NCBI GenBank assembly: GCA_041483895.1
Contig: JBGPGO010000006.1
Span: 96,001 to 160,000, forward strand
Length of the DNA: 64,000 nt
Direction of reading: 5' to 3'
From: Fimbriimonadia bacterium
GTDB taxonomy: Bacteria > Armatimonadota > Fimbriimonadia > Fimbriimonadales > JABRVX01
The notes below the pieces were generated by a model. It was not told the origin of the DNA, ran no database searches, and saw nothing but the letters and a program-made list of their open reading frames with translations. Shown here in pieces: positions 1-10,092 of this stretch (position 1 is its first letter; the number at the start of each line of letters is the position of its first letter). The position numbers and the translations under genes were made by a program.

Positions 1-798
1 GCAAACCTTCGCGTCACTTTCGAGTCGCTCGATCCGCCATTCGTCCGTCCGGGGCGGTCGAACCGCTTGCGAGTGCTGGTCGAGAACATCGGCAAGAAAG
101 AGCTGGGTGTCGAGCCGGCCATCACGGGCCCGGAAGGTTGGGCGCTCGCAGCGCGGCCGCAGAGCGCGAAGCTATGGCCCGGCGCAACGTACGAATTCGC
201 CGCGGTCGTGCAGTGTCCGCCGGATGCGAATCCAGGTGACGCCAGCCTACTGAATCTGAAGCTCGGGACGAACGAATTCAATGCCGCATTGCTCAAACGA
301 CGGGGATGGGTGTCGGTTGGGCCGTTCCGCAATGACGAGGGCATGGGCTATGAAAAATACCACAAGCCTGAGGATGTTTACAGGCGGGACGAGGTGTTCA
401 TGCTGCGCTCCGGCATACCAGGCAAATGGACCCCGGTCTATTTCGACGGCCCGTGGATGCCGATTGAGGATGCATTCAATTCGAGCGCGGGCGTGATCTA
501 TTACCGGACGATACTCGAGAGCGGCGAGGCCCGGAAAGTCCGAATTGTCGCGGCGACTGATCATGCGCTCATCATATGGGTGAATCGGCAAAAGATGCTG
601 TGGTACCGGGAGCCGTCCGTCGCGTTTCCCCGGCCCCGGCGACCCTACGTTGTGGAAGGGACTTTGGTGGCCGGAGCTAACGAATTGATGCTGAAAGTCG
701 TTCGTGGTAATGAGCCGATTCGCGGGCTGTGGTTTTATGTGCTTGGCGAAGACGGACAAATTCCTGAGGACATACGGTTTGATGAAACGAAAGCATGA
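1..798 (+). CDS. 5'-truncated CDS; C-terminal beta-sandwich region of a larger, probably carbohydrate-active protein
   Basis: Frame is open from base 1; motifs GWVSVGPF, DHALIIWVN and GANELMLKV resemble beta-galactosidase-type jelly-roll accessory domains. Confidence 0.5.
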   Translation, partial: ANLRVTFESLDPPFVRPGRSNRLRVLVENIGKKELGVEPAITGPEGWALAARPQSAKLWPGATYEFAAVVQCPPDANPGDASLLNLKLGTNEFNAALLKRRGWVSVGPFRNDEGMGYEKYHKPEDVYRRDEVFMLRSGIPGKWTPVYFDGPWMPIEDAFNSSAGVIYYRTILESGEARKVRIVAATDHALIIWVNRQKMLWYREPSVAFPRPRRPYVVEGTLVAGANELMLKVVRGNEPIRGLWFYVLGEDGQIPEDIRFDETKA

Positions 799-1618
799 AG
801 GCATAAGAACGATCCCCGTCGAGGCGGTTGGCAACGCGTTCTTGCTCGTGGATGAGCGGGAGTCGGGCGAGCAGGATTGGCCCTCGGTCGCACGTGAGGT
901 CTGCTGGGGCGCGGATGCGAATCGCGCGCTGTGCGACGGGCTGCTGGTAGTTGCGCCGGGGGAACCTGTCTCGTTGCGCATGTTCAATCCGGACGGATCG
1001 GAAGACTTTTGCGGCAACGGCCTGATTTGCCTGGCTGCGTATGCGCGCGAGACCGTGCTTGCCGTTGGGAATGATTTCAGCATTTTGCATGGCGGGCGGG
1101 AGATACCGGTTCATTTGTCTCCGTACGGTCTTGCCACGATCACGCTTCCCGAACCGCGATTCGATCCCGGCTCCATTCCGGTCGCCGCGCCGCCGGACGC
1201 CAAACTGCCGCTGGAGCTGCGTATCGATGGGCTGGACATCGCCATCCGGCCCGTTTCTACCGGAACGGCGCATGCGGTTCTCGTTGTTGACAGATTGCCG
1301 GAAGATGAGACGTTTATTTCCATCAGTCCGTGGCTGGAGACGCATCCCTTGTTCCCAGACCGCACCACGGTGGATTGGGTCCAACCGGTAGAACGGGGAC
1401 GCGTGCAGGTACGAATTTGGGAGCGGGGAGTGGGCGAGACGTTGGGTTGTGGGACCGGATCGGCGGCGATCGCGGCCACCACATTCGGGACGCTGCACGA
1501 CGGCGATCTGGTCGTTGCGTCTCGGGGCGGCGAGCTGCGCGTACGGTGGCCGGGCAGCGGCCCGATACAGGTGACCGGAACGGCGAAGGTATCGCTGCCG
1601 GCGCCCGTGCGGTGTTGA
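782..1618 (+). CDS. dapF: Diaminopimelate epimerase
   Basis: MFNPDGSEDFCGNG and ERGVGETLGCGTG catalytic Cys motifs; STGTAH; start uncertain. Confidence 0.88.
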   Translation: MKRKHEGIRTIPVEAVGNAFLLVDERESGEQDWPSVAREVCWGADANRALCDGLLVVAPGEPVSLRMFNPDGSEDFCGNGLICLAAYARETVLAVGNDFSILHGGREIPVHLSPYGLATITLPEPRFDPGSIPVAAPPDAKLPLELRIDGLDIAIRPVSTGTAHAVLVVDRLPEDETFISISPWLETHPLFPDRTTVDWVQPVERGRVQVRIWERGVGETLGCGTGSAAIAATTFGTLHDGDLVVASRGGELRVRWPGSGPIQVTGTAKVSLPAPVRC

Positions 1619-1621
1619 TGC

Positions 1622-2467
1622 GTGATCGAACTTTTTGATGGGGCGGGCGCAAGTCGAGGGCACTATGATGAGCGCAACCGGCTGAATGATTTGACGGGCC
1701 GGGAATGGGTGTATGCGACCCGATCTGTCATCGCGAAGTCCTATCCGCCGAGTTTTCAATTCGAGCTGCGGAACCAGCATGGCGGGCAAAAGCCGCCGGA
1801 ACTCTGCGCCGATCTCATCCGGACGTTTACGAAGGCCGGGCAGCGAGTGCTGGATCCGTTCATGGGAGTCGGCGGGACGCTGATCGGCGCGTCGATGTCA
1901 GACCGGGACGCGATAGGGATCGAGATAGAGCCGCGATGGGTGGACATCTACCGTGAGGTGTGCGCGCGAGAAGGGTTGCAGCATTTGACAACGCTCGTCG
2001 GGGATTGCCGCGAGGTATTGACGACGATCGAAGGGCCGGTCGATTTTCTTCTTACCGACGTGCCGTTTTGGAATATGGACACGGCAAAGCGATCGAATGG
2101 CAAATTCAAGCGAGTCGGGCAGCCGGTTGCGGACGGCACGCTTCGAAAAGCGCTTCGGCCATTCCATCCCTCCTCCGCGCAGGACAAGGAGACCTGGCTC
2201 GAACTGATGCGCGAGGTGTTTACCGCCTGCCGCTCTCTCGTTCGCCCGAACGGTTACGCGGCGGTGATGATCGGCGATATGTATCAGGATGGCAGGTATC
2301 ACATGTTGTCCGCCGATCTCGCTTCTTGTTTGCAAGATATCGGGTGGACGCTCAAGGCCAATCTGATATGGTACGACGTGAGCAAGCAGCTTCATTTATA
2401 TGCGTACCGCTATGCGTTTATCCCCAGCATGATGCACCAGAACATTCTCATATTGAGGAACGAATGA
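1622..2467 (+). CDS. Orphan N6/N4 DNA methyltransferase-like protein
   Basis: HGGQKPPEL, SAM-binding VLDPFMGVGGT, GIEIE, motif IV-like TDVPFW. Confidence 0.75.
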   Translation: MIELFDGAGASRGHYDERNRLNDLTGREWVYATRSVIAKSYPPSFQFELRNQHGGQKPPELCADLIRTFTKAGQRVLDPFMGVGGTLIGASMSDRDAIGIEIEPRWVDIYREVCAREGLQHLTTLVGDCREVLTTIEGPVDFLLTDVPFWNMDTAKRSNGKFKRVGQPVADGTLRKALRPFHPSSAQDKETWLELMREVFTACRSLVRPNGYAAVMIGDMYQDGRYHMLSADLASCLQDIGWTLKANLIWYDVSKQLHLYAYRYAFIPSMMHQNILILRNE

Positions 2468-3558
2468 GTCTTCGGGTGCTTCAGGTCGTGTCCAGCTCCA
2501 AGACCTCGGGCGCGGAGAGGCACGTGTTTCTTCTGACGCAGATGCTGTTGCAACGGGGTCATCAGGTCTCGGTCGTGTGTCCCCCCGACGGATGGCTGGT
2601 GGATGCTTTGCGAAGCGCCGACATCGAGGTGCATGAGATGGCGATGCGGAAGGCATCTTCTTTTTCCGCCTATCGCCGGTTGTGGTCGTTGATTCGGCGG
2701 GAACGATTCGATGTCGTGCACACGCATTTGACTCGCGCGACCTATCATGCGGGTCTGGTGGCGATGTTGCGGCGGGTGCCGGTTCTGGCGTCCGTGCATG
2801 TCTTTTCCCGCGATCTTGTCTTCCGCTTGCTTGCGGCGCGCGGATCGAAACTGATTGCTGTCTCCGAATCCGTGCGCTCTGCCTTGCGCCAGGCGGGAAT
2901 TTCCGCGGACCGCATCGAGGTGGTGTACAACGGGACGGATTTTGTTGACGCCGCGCCCGCGACGGATAGCGTTTGCGAGGAGTTTGGGTTGAGTGGCAAT
3001 GGGGGACTTGTAGGATTGGTCGGGCGGGTCGCGAAGGAGAAAGGGCATCTGGTGGCGCTCGGGGCGGCCAAGCGGCTACAGGCTACACATCCCGATCTCA
3101 GGTACCTGTTTGTGGGCCGAATGGTGCCGGGTTTTGAGCCGGAGTTTCGGGAGGCGCTTGAACGGAGCGGTCTTGGGGATCGGGTGGTGCTGACCGGCGA
3201 CCGGAGCGATGTGCCGCGCCTGATGGACGCGATGGACATCGTGATGCTGCCATCCGAGAAGGAGTCGTTCGGGTTGGTCGCGGTGGAGGCGATGGCGCGG
3301 GGGAAGCCGATTATCGCGACGCGGGTCGGCGGGCTGTCCGAGGTGATTCGCGATAACGAGACCGGGCTTCTCATCGAGCAGGACGAGGCGCAGTTGGCAT
3401 CCGCCATCGATGGGCTGCTGGCCGATCCCGAGCGGCGGCGCACCATGGGGGAGACCGGCCGCGCGTGGGTCCGGGATAACTTCAGCCATACGCGGATGGT
3501 GGAGCGGATTGAGGAGATTTACCTGTCTTTGGCTCCTCTTCCTGGCAGCCACCCTTAG
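2464..3558 (+). CDS. Glycosyltransferase family 4 (GT-B)
   Basis: SGAERH, VHTH, PSEKESFGLVAVEAMARGKPIIATRVGGLSE; ATGA overlap with upstream gene. Confidence 0.92.
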   Translation: MSLRVLQVVSSSKTSGAERHVFLLTQMLLQRGHQVSVVCPPDGWLVDALRSADIEVHEMAMRKASSFSAYRRLWSLIRRERFDVVHTHLTRATYHAGLVAMLRRVPVLASVHVFSRDLVFRLLAARGSKLIAVSESVRSALRQAGISADRIEVVYNGTDFVDAAPATDSVCEEFGLSGNGGLVGLVGRVAKEKGHLVALGAAKRLQATHPDLRYLFVGRMVPGFEPEFREALERSGLGDRVVLTGDRSDVPRLMDAMDIVMLPSEKESFGLVAVEAMARGKPIIATRVGGLSEVIRDNETGLLIEQDEAQLASAIDGLLADPERRRTMGETGRAWVRDNFSHTRMVERIEEIYLSLAPLPGSHP

Positions 3559-3562
3559 AAGT

Positions 3563-3747
3563 CCGATGCGACCGGTCTCCTGACCGAGTCGCAACCATTC
3601 TTTAGGTCTCCTGACCGTCCGCCCCTTGTTCGGTCTGGAGACCCCGGAGGAACTTGCGACTCGGTCAGGAGACCGGTCGCATCGGGAGGTGAGGAGACCG
3701 GTCGCATCGGTAGGAACTTGCGACTCGGTCGGGAGACCGGTCGCATC
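3563..3747. repeat. Palindromic REP-like cluster (GATGCGACCGGTCTCCTGACCGAGTCGCAA family)
   Basis: 32-bp perfect inverted repeat 3563-3594/3654-3685, an internal hairpin, and further copies at 3692-3710 and 3712-3747. Confidence 0.8.
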
Positions 3748-3932
3748 AAGAGTCTTGACGATGCGATCGTCAATTAAAAAGGGCGGCGGGAACGGTTTCT
3801 GCCGCCAACACCGAATATGTGGGTAGGGACGGGCCTTCGGTACCCTGGCGGCGACCGGCAGACTCCAATGAATGCGCGGTTTGCTGGGAGATAGGGGATA
3901 GGAAGGTACAATACGGTGGCTAGGGGGCCGAT

Positions 3933-4898
3933 TTGAACGTACATTCGCCGGGAAAACGACGAGCGGCACGAAAACATCGCGTGGTTCTGGCCGAAGCGTA
4001 TGGCTACTGCTTCGGGGTGCGCCGGGCTGTCGAGATTGTCGAGAAGGTCCGGACCGAGCGTGAGGGGAGCCTGACGACGCTCGGCCCGATCATCCACAAC
4101 CCACAGGTGGTCGCCCGGCACCAGAAGATGGGCATCGATTTTGAGACGGACCTGGAGAAGGTAGATCCAGGCATCGTCGTGATGTCGGCGCATGGGGTCC
4201 CTCCGACCACGATCGACCGTGCTAAGGAGCTGGGTTTGGGCATTGTGGACGTCACCTGTCCCTTCGTCACGAAAGTCCACAATGCGGCGCAAAAGATGGC
4301 GCAAGAGGGGTACGAGATCGTGATCCTCGGCGATGCGGGACACACCGAAGTAAAAGGGGTCATCGGATCGATCGACGCTGTGGGCGGGAAGTACACCGTG
4401 GTATCCGGTCCGGAAGATATTCATAAGGTCGGCACTCCCCGCAAAGTGGGTGTGGTGACGCAGACGACGCAGCAGGGCGAGACGTTCGCGGCGCTGGTCG
4501 GAGAGTTGACAAAGATCTGTTTCGAAGTGCGCTCGGTGAACACCATCTGCGGCGCGACCGACGAGCTGCAAGCGTCCGCCACGGAGATCGCATCGCAGGT
4601 CGAGATGGTGTTGGTTATCGGCGGAAAAAACAGCGCGAACACCAAACGGCTGCGCGATATCATCGAGGCGGAAGGGACTCCGGCGTATCATATCGAAACC
4701 GTGGACGAGATTCAGGACGCATGGTTGGACGCGGTAGATGTGGTGGGAGTGACAGCGGGCGCGAGCACACCGGATTTTGTCATTGATGAAGTTCTCGACT
4801 ATCTGACCCATGGAGAGATGCAGGTTCCGAAGGATCGAGGACACTACGATATTCAGGGCGACGTGACAGACAAGCTGACCGCATATACGATCAAGTGA
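3933..4898 (+). CDS. ispH: 4-hydroxy-3-methylbut-2-enyl diphosphate reductase
   Basis: GYCFGVRRA, IIHNP, SAHG, DVTCPFV, TQTT, NTICGAT, SANT, TAGASTP; start uncertain. Confidence 0.95.
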   Translation: MNVHSPGKRRAARKHRVVLAEAYGYCFGVRRAVEIVEKVRTEREGSLTTLGPIIHNPQVVARHQKMGIDFETDLEKVDPGIVVMSAHGVPPTTIDRAKELGLGIVDVTCPFVTKVHNAAQKMAQEGYEIVILGDAGHTEVKGVIGSIDAVGGKYTVVSGPEDIHKVGTPRKVGVVTQTTQQGETFAALVGELTKICFEVRSVNTICGATDELQASATEIASQVEMVLVIGGKNSANTKRLRDIIEAEGTPAYHIETVDEIQDAWLDAVDVVGVTAGASTPDFVIDEVLDYLTHGEMQVPKDRGHYDIQGDVTDKLTAYTIK

Positions 4899-4905
4899 GG
4901 GAAAG

Positions 4906-6546
4906 ATGAACATGTTTCGGTGGCTATCATTCGCCGCCGCCATGATGGCGGTTTCGGCATTTGCGGATATCAAGATCAACGCGAATCTGAAGTCAGGGGA
5001 CGTACTATCCGGCAAGTATGTCGTGACAGTCACCTGCGAATCGGCCTCGACCATAACCCAGGTTGAATTCTATTTGAATGACAGCCTGCTCAGCACGGAC
5101 AGCAGCACGCCGTATGAAGCTCCGCTGGACACGCTGCTGGAAAAAGAGGGCCCTCAGAAGCTTGAGATCGCCGCCTATGCGGAAGATGGAACTTCGCAAA
5201 AGCAGACAGTCAATTTTGCAATCGACAACAAGATTGGACTCGGCGCGGCGCATCACACCGAAATTGGCGAGGGGGACCTGCGCGAAAAGAAATATGATGA
5301 TGCCGTGATCGCCGCTCGAACCGCATTGAAAGCCGATCCCAAATATGTGCCCGCCCTTATCGTTCTAGGCCGCGCGCTGATGGGGAACCGAGTCTTTGAT
5401 GAAGCGGAGAAGTATCTCCAGGATGCCATCGACATCGATCAGAACAACATTTTTGCTTATGGAATTCTTTCACAAGTCCATGTGCAGAAGGCGATCACCG
5501 TGCGCGCGATCGGGGCGAACGATGCGGCGAACACGGAAAAGAACTCCTACATGGCCGCGGCGGACGCTTTTCGAAAGAGCCTGGAATTGCAGATCGCGGC
5601 GCTTGGCCCAATCACCGCGGAGAATCGATCGAACGCGATCGATCTGCATATCCAGTTGGGCAACTACAGCAAGGCCCGCGAGCTGATCAAAGCGATCACT
5701 GTCACCGATATCAAAAACGTGCAGATGCACAATCGCCTGATGTTTGTGTTGATCCGGCGCGGCGAATTGACGGAGGCGCAGCGAATTTTCGACACCTTGC
5801 AGAAAAAGAAGATTGGCGATGGAGATACGATGGCGCTCGGGGCCGTGCTGGCATCTATGACCGGCAACAATGACCTGGCCGACAATCGGATTCAGGAGGC
5901 GATCAAGCAGGATCGGAGCAGCCTCACCGTCAAACTGTCGCAAGCCTACGTTCTGCTGGATCGCGGCAAGGTCAAGGATGTGAGAAACATCGTGCAGGAC
6001 CTGGAGCAGGGCGGGTTCACGCAGCCCGAGGTCTACTACTACCTTGGCCGCATGCACTATGCTCTCGGCGACTTCGATCTTTCGGACCGCAATTATCAGG
6101 ATGCTATTTCGCAAAATCCCTTGATGAGCGACGTGTTTGTTTCGCGGGGCATGGAGAGCTTGGCGGCGGCGATTAAAGCAACGGATGCATCGAAAACGCG
6201 CCACCTGCCGGTTGCCCAGAACTATTTTGACGTTGCACTGAAAGCGCGGCCGGAGACGGCGGGCGCGCTGGTGGGGAATGCGTTGGTGCTTGCCTATCTC
6301 GGCAAGAAAGCAGAGGCGGCTCGCTATGCGGACGGCGCGATGACGGTCGGTGGCGAGATGGCCTGGGTCAGCTACGTATGCGCCGGCGTCTATTCGCATG
6401 CCGGGCAAGCGGACAAGGCCATGGCGGCGCTGAACGCAGCGATGAAGCAGTCGCCCAATACGGTGCCGTTCGGCATGCCAAAGCTGGACGAGGCATTCAA
6501 GTATCTGTCGCGCTGGGGCCGGGCGCCTGTGCTGATACGGCCGTGA
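4906..6546 (+). CDS. Secreted Ig-like domain plus TPR-repeat protein
   Basis: Signal peptide; VEFYLND..DSSTPY Big-type domain; multiple TPR-like helical repeats. Confidence 0.75.
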   Translation: MNMFRWLSFAAAMMAVSAFADIKINANLKSGDVLSGKYVVTVTCESASTITQVEFYLNDSLLSTDSSTPYEAPLDTLLEKEGPQKLEIAAYAEDGTSQKQTVNFAIDNKIGLGAAHHTEIGEGDLREKKYDDAVIAARTALKADPKYVPALIVLGRALMGNRVFDEAEKYLQDAIDIDQNNIFAYGILSQVHVQKAITVRAIGANDAANTEKNSYMAAADAFRKSLELQIAALGPITAENRSNAIDLHIQLGNYSKARELIKAITVTDIKNVQMHNRLMFVLIRRGELTEAQRIFDTLQKKKIGDGDTMALGAVLASMTGNNDLADNRIQEAIKQDRSSLTVKLSQAYVLLDRGKVKDVRNIVQDLEQGGFTQPEVYYYLGRMHYALGDFDLSDRNYQDAISQNPLMSDVFVSRGMESLAAAIKATDASKTRHLPVAQNYFDVALKARPETAGALVGNALVLAYLGKKAEAARYADGAMTVGGEMAWVSYVCAGVYSHAGQADKAMAALNAAMKQSPNTVPFGMPKLDEAFKYLSRWGRAPVLIRP

Positions 6547-6548
6547 GC

Positions 6549-6773
6549 ATGGACTACACGAAGATCATTACGATTGAGCCGGGAAAGCGGAGTGGCAAGC
6601 CGTGCATTCGCGGCCTAAGAATAACAGTTTCTGACGTGCTGGATTATCTTGCGTCCGGAATGTCTCATGCGGAAATTTTGGGCGACTTCCCTGCGCTGAC
6701 GGAAGAAGATATCCGCGCCTGTCTCGCGTTTGCTGCCGACCGGGAGCGGCGCCTCCATTGTTCCGTCGTATGA
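6549..6773 (+). CDS. DUF433 family protein (putative antitoxin/HTH)
   Basis: IITIEPGKRSGKPCIRGLRITVSDVLDYLASGMS..EIL.DFP.LTEEDIRACLAFAA signature. Confidence 0.9.
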   Translation: MDYTKIITIEPGKRSGKPCIRGLRITVSDVLDYLASGMSHAEILGDFPALTEEDIRACLAFAADRERRLHCSVV

Positions 6774-6858
6774 CGATCCATTCTGCTTGAACCGATAATA
6801 TGGCTTCGGAGAGGTTCATCAGGCCCTCCCCGTACTTTTGCTGTGGAGGTCGTAATTC

Positions 6859-7638
6859 ATGCGCTTGTTCACCCTTTTGTCATTGGGCATCCTTGCCGCA
6901 GCTTCGTTCGGCCAGACCGCGTTCCGCGCAGCCACGAAACTCACGCTGGGCCAGTCGATGCATTTCACCCTCGAACAAAACGAGCAGAAAGATTTTTCCG
7001 TACAGCTTAGCGCTTCCAACTATTTCCTCCAGTGGGATGTACGGCGCCTGGACGAAAAGCCGGGCAACATGATCGCGACCGTCCAGTTTCTCAAGTCCAC
7101 GGGCGTTATGGTGAACAGCAGTCTTATGACCGTGAATGAGCTCCATACGGTGGCGCGGGTCGGCAAGCAGTTCCGTCCGGCCTCGGCGATCGCCGCCCGG
7201 CTGCGGGTTCGCAATCAAGAGGCCCCGATTGAGGTCTGGATGACCGTGATGCCCGCCGAAAAGCTGACGAATAGTCCGTTCGCTTGGAAGGACAAAGAGA
7301 TCAAGCCTCTTGGCATCGGGCCGAACGACGGGAAGGGCGGCATGCTCGACCGATGGGAGTGGCAATACCATAGCATCAAGCTTCCCGCCGGCAAGTATTC
7401 CGCGTCGCTCTATTTCCACAATGCCGACGGTACGAGCGGCAACCTGATTGGGCAGCTGGAGCTTTTCGATGCGAACGGGTTCCGCAAAGAGTCGTGGACG
7501 CTGCACATGAACGAGATCGGTGTGGAGGCGCGGACGGAGAAGACCTTCGTGGTGACCAAACCGACGACGGTGCTGTTCCGCGTGACCAACAACGAGCGTC
7601 CTATCGACTACACGATTGGGATCGCAACGGCGGACTAG
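6859..7638 (+). CDS. Secreted hypothetical protein with two internally similar beta-rich halves
   Basis: RBS ggagg; signal peptide; GNMI..VQF..MTVNELH matches GNLIGQLELF..LHMNEIG. Confidence 0.65.
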   Translation: MRLFTLLSLGILAAASFGQTAFRAATKLTLGQSMHFTLEQNEQKDFSVQLSASNYFLQWDVRRLDEKPGNMIATVQFLKSTGVMVNSSLMTVNELHTVARVGKQFRPASAIAARLRVRNQEAPIEVWMTVMPAEKLTNSPFAWKDKEIKPLGIGPNDGKGGMLDRWEWQYHSIKLPAGKYSASLYFHNADGTSGNLIGQLELFDANGFRKESWTLHMNEIGVEARTEKTFVVTKPTTVLFRVTNNERPIDYTIGIATAD

Positions 7639-7639
7639 G

Positions 7640-8920
7640 CTAGCTCTGAGTTGAAATGCGGGCTGCCGCGCTGTTGCAAGTGGCGGCGGCTTCCCGCAGA
7701 TCCACCGATGGCGCATTTTCGCCGGCCATCCAGAGACCGGTGACGTCTTTCGCGCAGGCGCAATAGACCAGGGCATTTTCTATGTCACCAAGCGGCGTGG
7801 TGTGTGCGCCAGACAGATCAATCGTGATAAAATCGGCGCGCTTCCCTTCTCCCAGCGACCCGCATTCGCCGTCCCTGCCGAGGGTCCGCGCGCCGTCCAA
7901 GGTGGCCATTTTTAGCAAGGCTGGGGCTGGTATGGGCGCTTCGCTGAGGAAGCCGGCGGTGCGCATCTCCTCGAACATATCCACGCGATTGTTGGACATC
8001 AGGCTGTCTGTGCCGAGGCCAACGGGAATGCCGGCCTCCAAAAAACCGAAGAGGGGGGCGGTACCGACACCGAGTTTTCGGTTGGACTTCGGGCAGTGTG
8101 CGATGCCCGCCCCGGACGAAGCGATTTGTATAATTTCTTCCGGTAAAACTTGTACACAATGAACCAGTTGCATGTCCTCGTGGAGAAGCCCGAGGGACGC
8201 CAAATAGGGCACCGGACGGACGCCTGGATAGTCCACGGTCAGGCCGAACTCCCGAAACGCCTCCGCCAATTGGCCCTCGCCACTTGTCAGGAAATCCATC
8301 TCCGCGACCGATTCGGCGCAGTGGATTGACCGCCTGCCGCTTTCAAACCGCCGAAGCATCGCTGGGATCACGCTGTAGGGAGCGTGAGGCGAAACTTGCA
8401 CCTCGACCGCGTCGCCGCCTTCCTGCCGCTGGCGGGCCGCTTTCTCTTCGATCATCGCCAGCCTCTCGGTCGGCGATTCGGCTTCGTTGATGCAGATAAA
8501 CTCTTGGAAAACGACACCGCGGATGCCCGCCGCACGGATGGCCTGGGCGCAGACAGGCGCGTCGCTGTGCTCCCCAATCAGCCCGACCCCTGCGCGTGCG
8601 TTTTCGACCGCCCCGATCAGCGCCGCCGCCGCAAACTCTTCCTCGCTCGCCGACCGCTTCATCCGCGTAACGTTCTTGATCCACGGGACGAACGGACGCA
8701 CCTCATTCAGGTTTCGGAACAGGGTGTATTCCAGATGGGAATGGGCGTTGACGAACGCGGGAATCAAAGCCTGATACCCATGATCCACATCCGCCGGACC
8801 TCGAGCGGGACCGACCGAGACGATGTGGCCTTCGAAAACAACCACCTGGCCATCGGCGATGGGAGGGCCGGCAATCGGCAACACCCACGCCGCCCGGTGG
8901 ACTACAGAGGTATTTGCCAA
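7640..8920 (-). CDS. Metal-dependent amidohydrolase (MtaD / aminofutalosine deaminase-like)
   Basis: FVNAHSHLE, SPHAPYS, IHCAES, HCPKSN.KLG, GLGTDSLMSN, GKRADF. Confidence 0.88.
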   Translation of the reverse strand: MANTSVVHRAAWVLPIAGPPIADGQVVVFEGHIVSVGPARGPADVDHGYQALIPAFVNAHSHLEYTLFRNLNEVRPFVPWIKNVTRMKRSASEEEFAAAALIGAVENARAGVGLIGEHSDAPVCAQAIRAAGIRGVVFQEFICINEAESPTERLAMIEEKAARQRQEGGDAVEVQVSPHAPYSVIPAMLRRFESGRRSIHCAESVAEMDFLTSGEGQLAEAFREFGLTVDYPGVRPVPYLASLGLLHEDMQLVHCVQVLPEEIIQIASSGAGIAHCPKSNRKLGVGTAPLFGFLEAGIPVGLGTDSLMSNNRVDMFEEMRTAGFLSEAPIPAPALLKMATLDGARTLGRDGECGSLGEGKRADFITIDLSGAHTTPLGDIENALVYCACAKDVTGLWMAGENAPSVDLREAAATCNSAAARISTQS

Positions 8921-9567
8921 GACAATGTGACCTGGTCGTAGGTCTGCTGCTTTACGTGGAGATCGCCGAACAGCACGTTGTACACATATTGCCGGCGCTT
9001 ATCGAAGCGCGTGCCGAAGTCTTCCGTCGGGAGGATGGGCGCCCATCCCAGATGCCAGTGGCCCGCGGCATCGAACAGCACGTTGATCCGCGCGCCGTCT
9101 TTGAAATTGGTAAACCGGATTTGGCGAAATGCGATTTCGGTGCGGAACACATAGCTGGTGCCAAATTTCTTGTAGAAGGTGGGTTGCGCGAACAGCTCCT
9201 GATCGTTGAAGTCCTCCACATACATGCCGTTATCGCCCGGGCAGAGCCAAATCTCCTTGCTCTTTTGGTATGGCTGGAGCACCTCGTGGAGGAAGGGCAT
9301 GAACGGGATCTGCTTCTGCCACTCGGGATATTGGTCCCAGATTTGGGGGGTGTACTTGTCCGTCGGGTCCACCGCCCAGGGGAATTTGTCATTGGCGTCC
9401 ATGCCATACATGCTCATGGACTTGCCGATCTGGTTCAGGTTGGAGATGCAGGTGGTGGTTTTCCCTTTTCGGCGGGCAGCGTTGAAGACCGGGAACAATA
9501 TGGCCGCGAGGAGGGCGATGATCCCGATAACCGTCAGCAGCTCGATAAGGGTGAATCCTTTTCTCAT
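8902..9567 (-). CDS. Prepilin-type N-terminal cleavage/methylation protein (DUF1559-like)
   Basis: MRKGFTLIELLTVIGIIALLAAILFPVF..CISNLNQIG; C-terminal NVLFGDLHVK. Confidence 0.9.
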   Translation of the reverse strand: MRKGFTLIELLTVIGIIALLAAILFPVFNAARRKGKTTTCISNLNQIGKSMSMYGMDANDKFPWAVDPTDKYTPQIWDQYPEWQKQIPFMPFLHEVLQPYQKSKEIWLCPGDNGMYVEDFNDQELFAQPTFYKKFGTSYVFRTEIAFRQIRFTNFKDGARINVLFDAAGHWHLGWAPILPTEDFGTRFDKRRQYVYNVLFGDLHVKQQTYDQVTLSWQIPL

Positions 9568-9630
9568 GCCTCTGCTCTTGTATACCAGGCAAACGCGGCC
9601 GCCCGTTCCGAAACATGCCAAAATCCCCCC

Positions 9631-10074
9631 ATGAGCGCCCTGCCCCAGAGTTCTACCTGCTTCGTTTGCGGCGTGGACAATCCGCGCGGCCTTAGGCAAC
9701 AGTTTCACATCGAACAGGGTTGCGTGACCACTGTATTTCGGCCGGAACCTTCCCTTTGTGGGTATCCGGGGGTGGTGCACGGGGGGATTATCGCGGCGCT
9801 TTTGGACGAGACGATGGGGTGGGCGGCGGCGGTGGCGAAGCGGCATTTTTTCATCACGGCGGACCTTTCCGTCCGGTATCGGCGGGTGTTGCCGGATGGG
9901 CTGTCTTTTCGGGTGGTGGGGCGGTATTTGGGAGATAAGGTGGGGCTGTGGCTGACTTCGGGGGAGATTGTGGGGGAGGATGGGATGGTATATGTGACGG
10001 GTTCCGGGCGGTACGCCCCCGCGCCGGAGGAGGCCCATCGGCGGTTCTTGGAGCAGACGGGGTTGGATTGGTAG
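9631..10074 (+). CDS. PaaI family hotdog-fold thioesterase
   Basis: CFVCGVDNPRGL, GYPGVVHGGIIAALLDETMG. Confidence 0.9.
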   Translation: MSALPQSSTCFVCGVDNPRGLRQQFHIEQGCVTTVFRPEPSLCGYPGVVHGGIIAALLDETMGWAAAVAKRHFFITADLSVRYRRVLPDGLSFRVVGRYLGDKVGLWLTSGEIVGEDGMVYVTGSGRYAPAPEEAHRRFLEQTGLDW

Positions 10075-10092
10075 GTTGTCATTCCGACGGGT

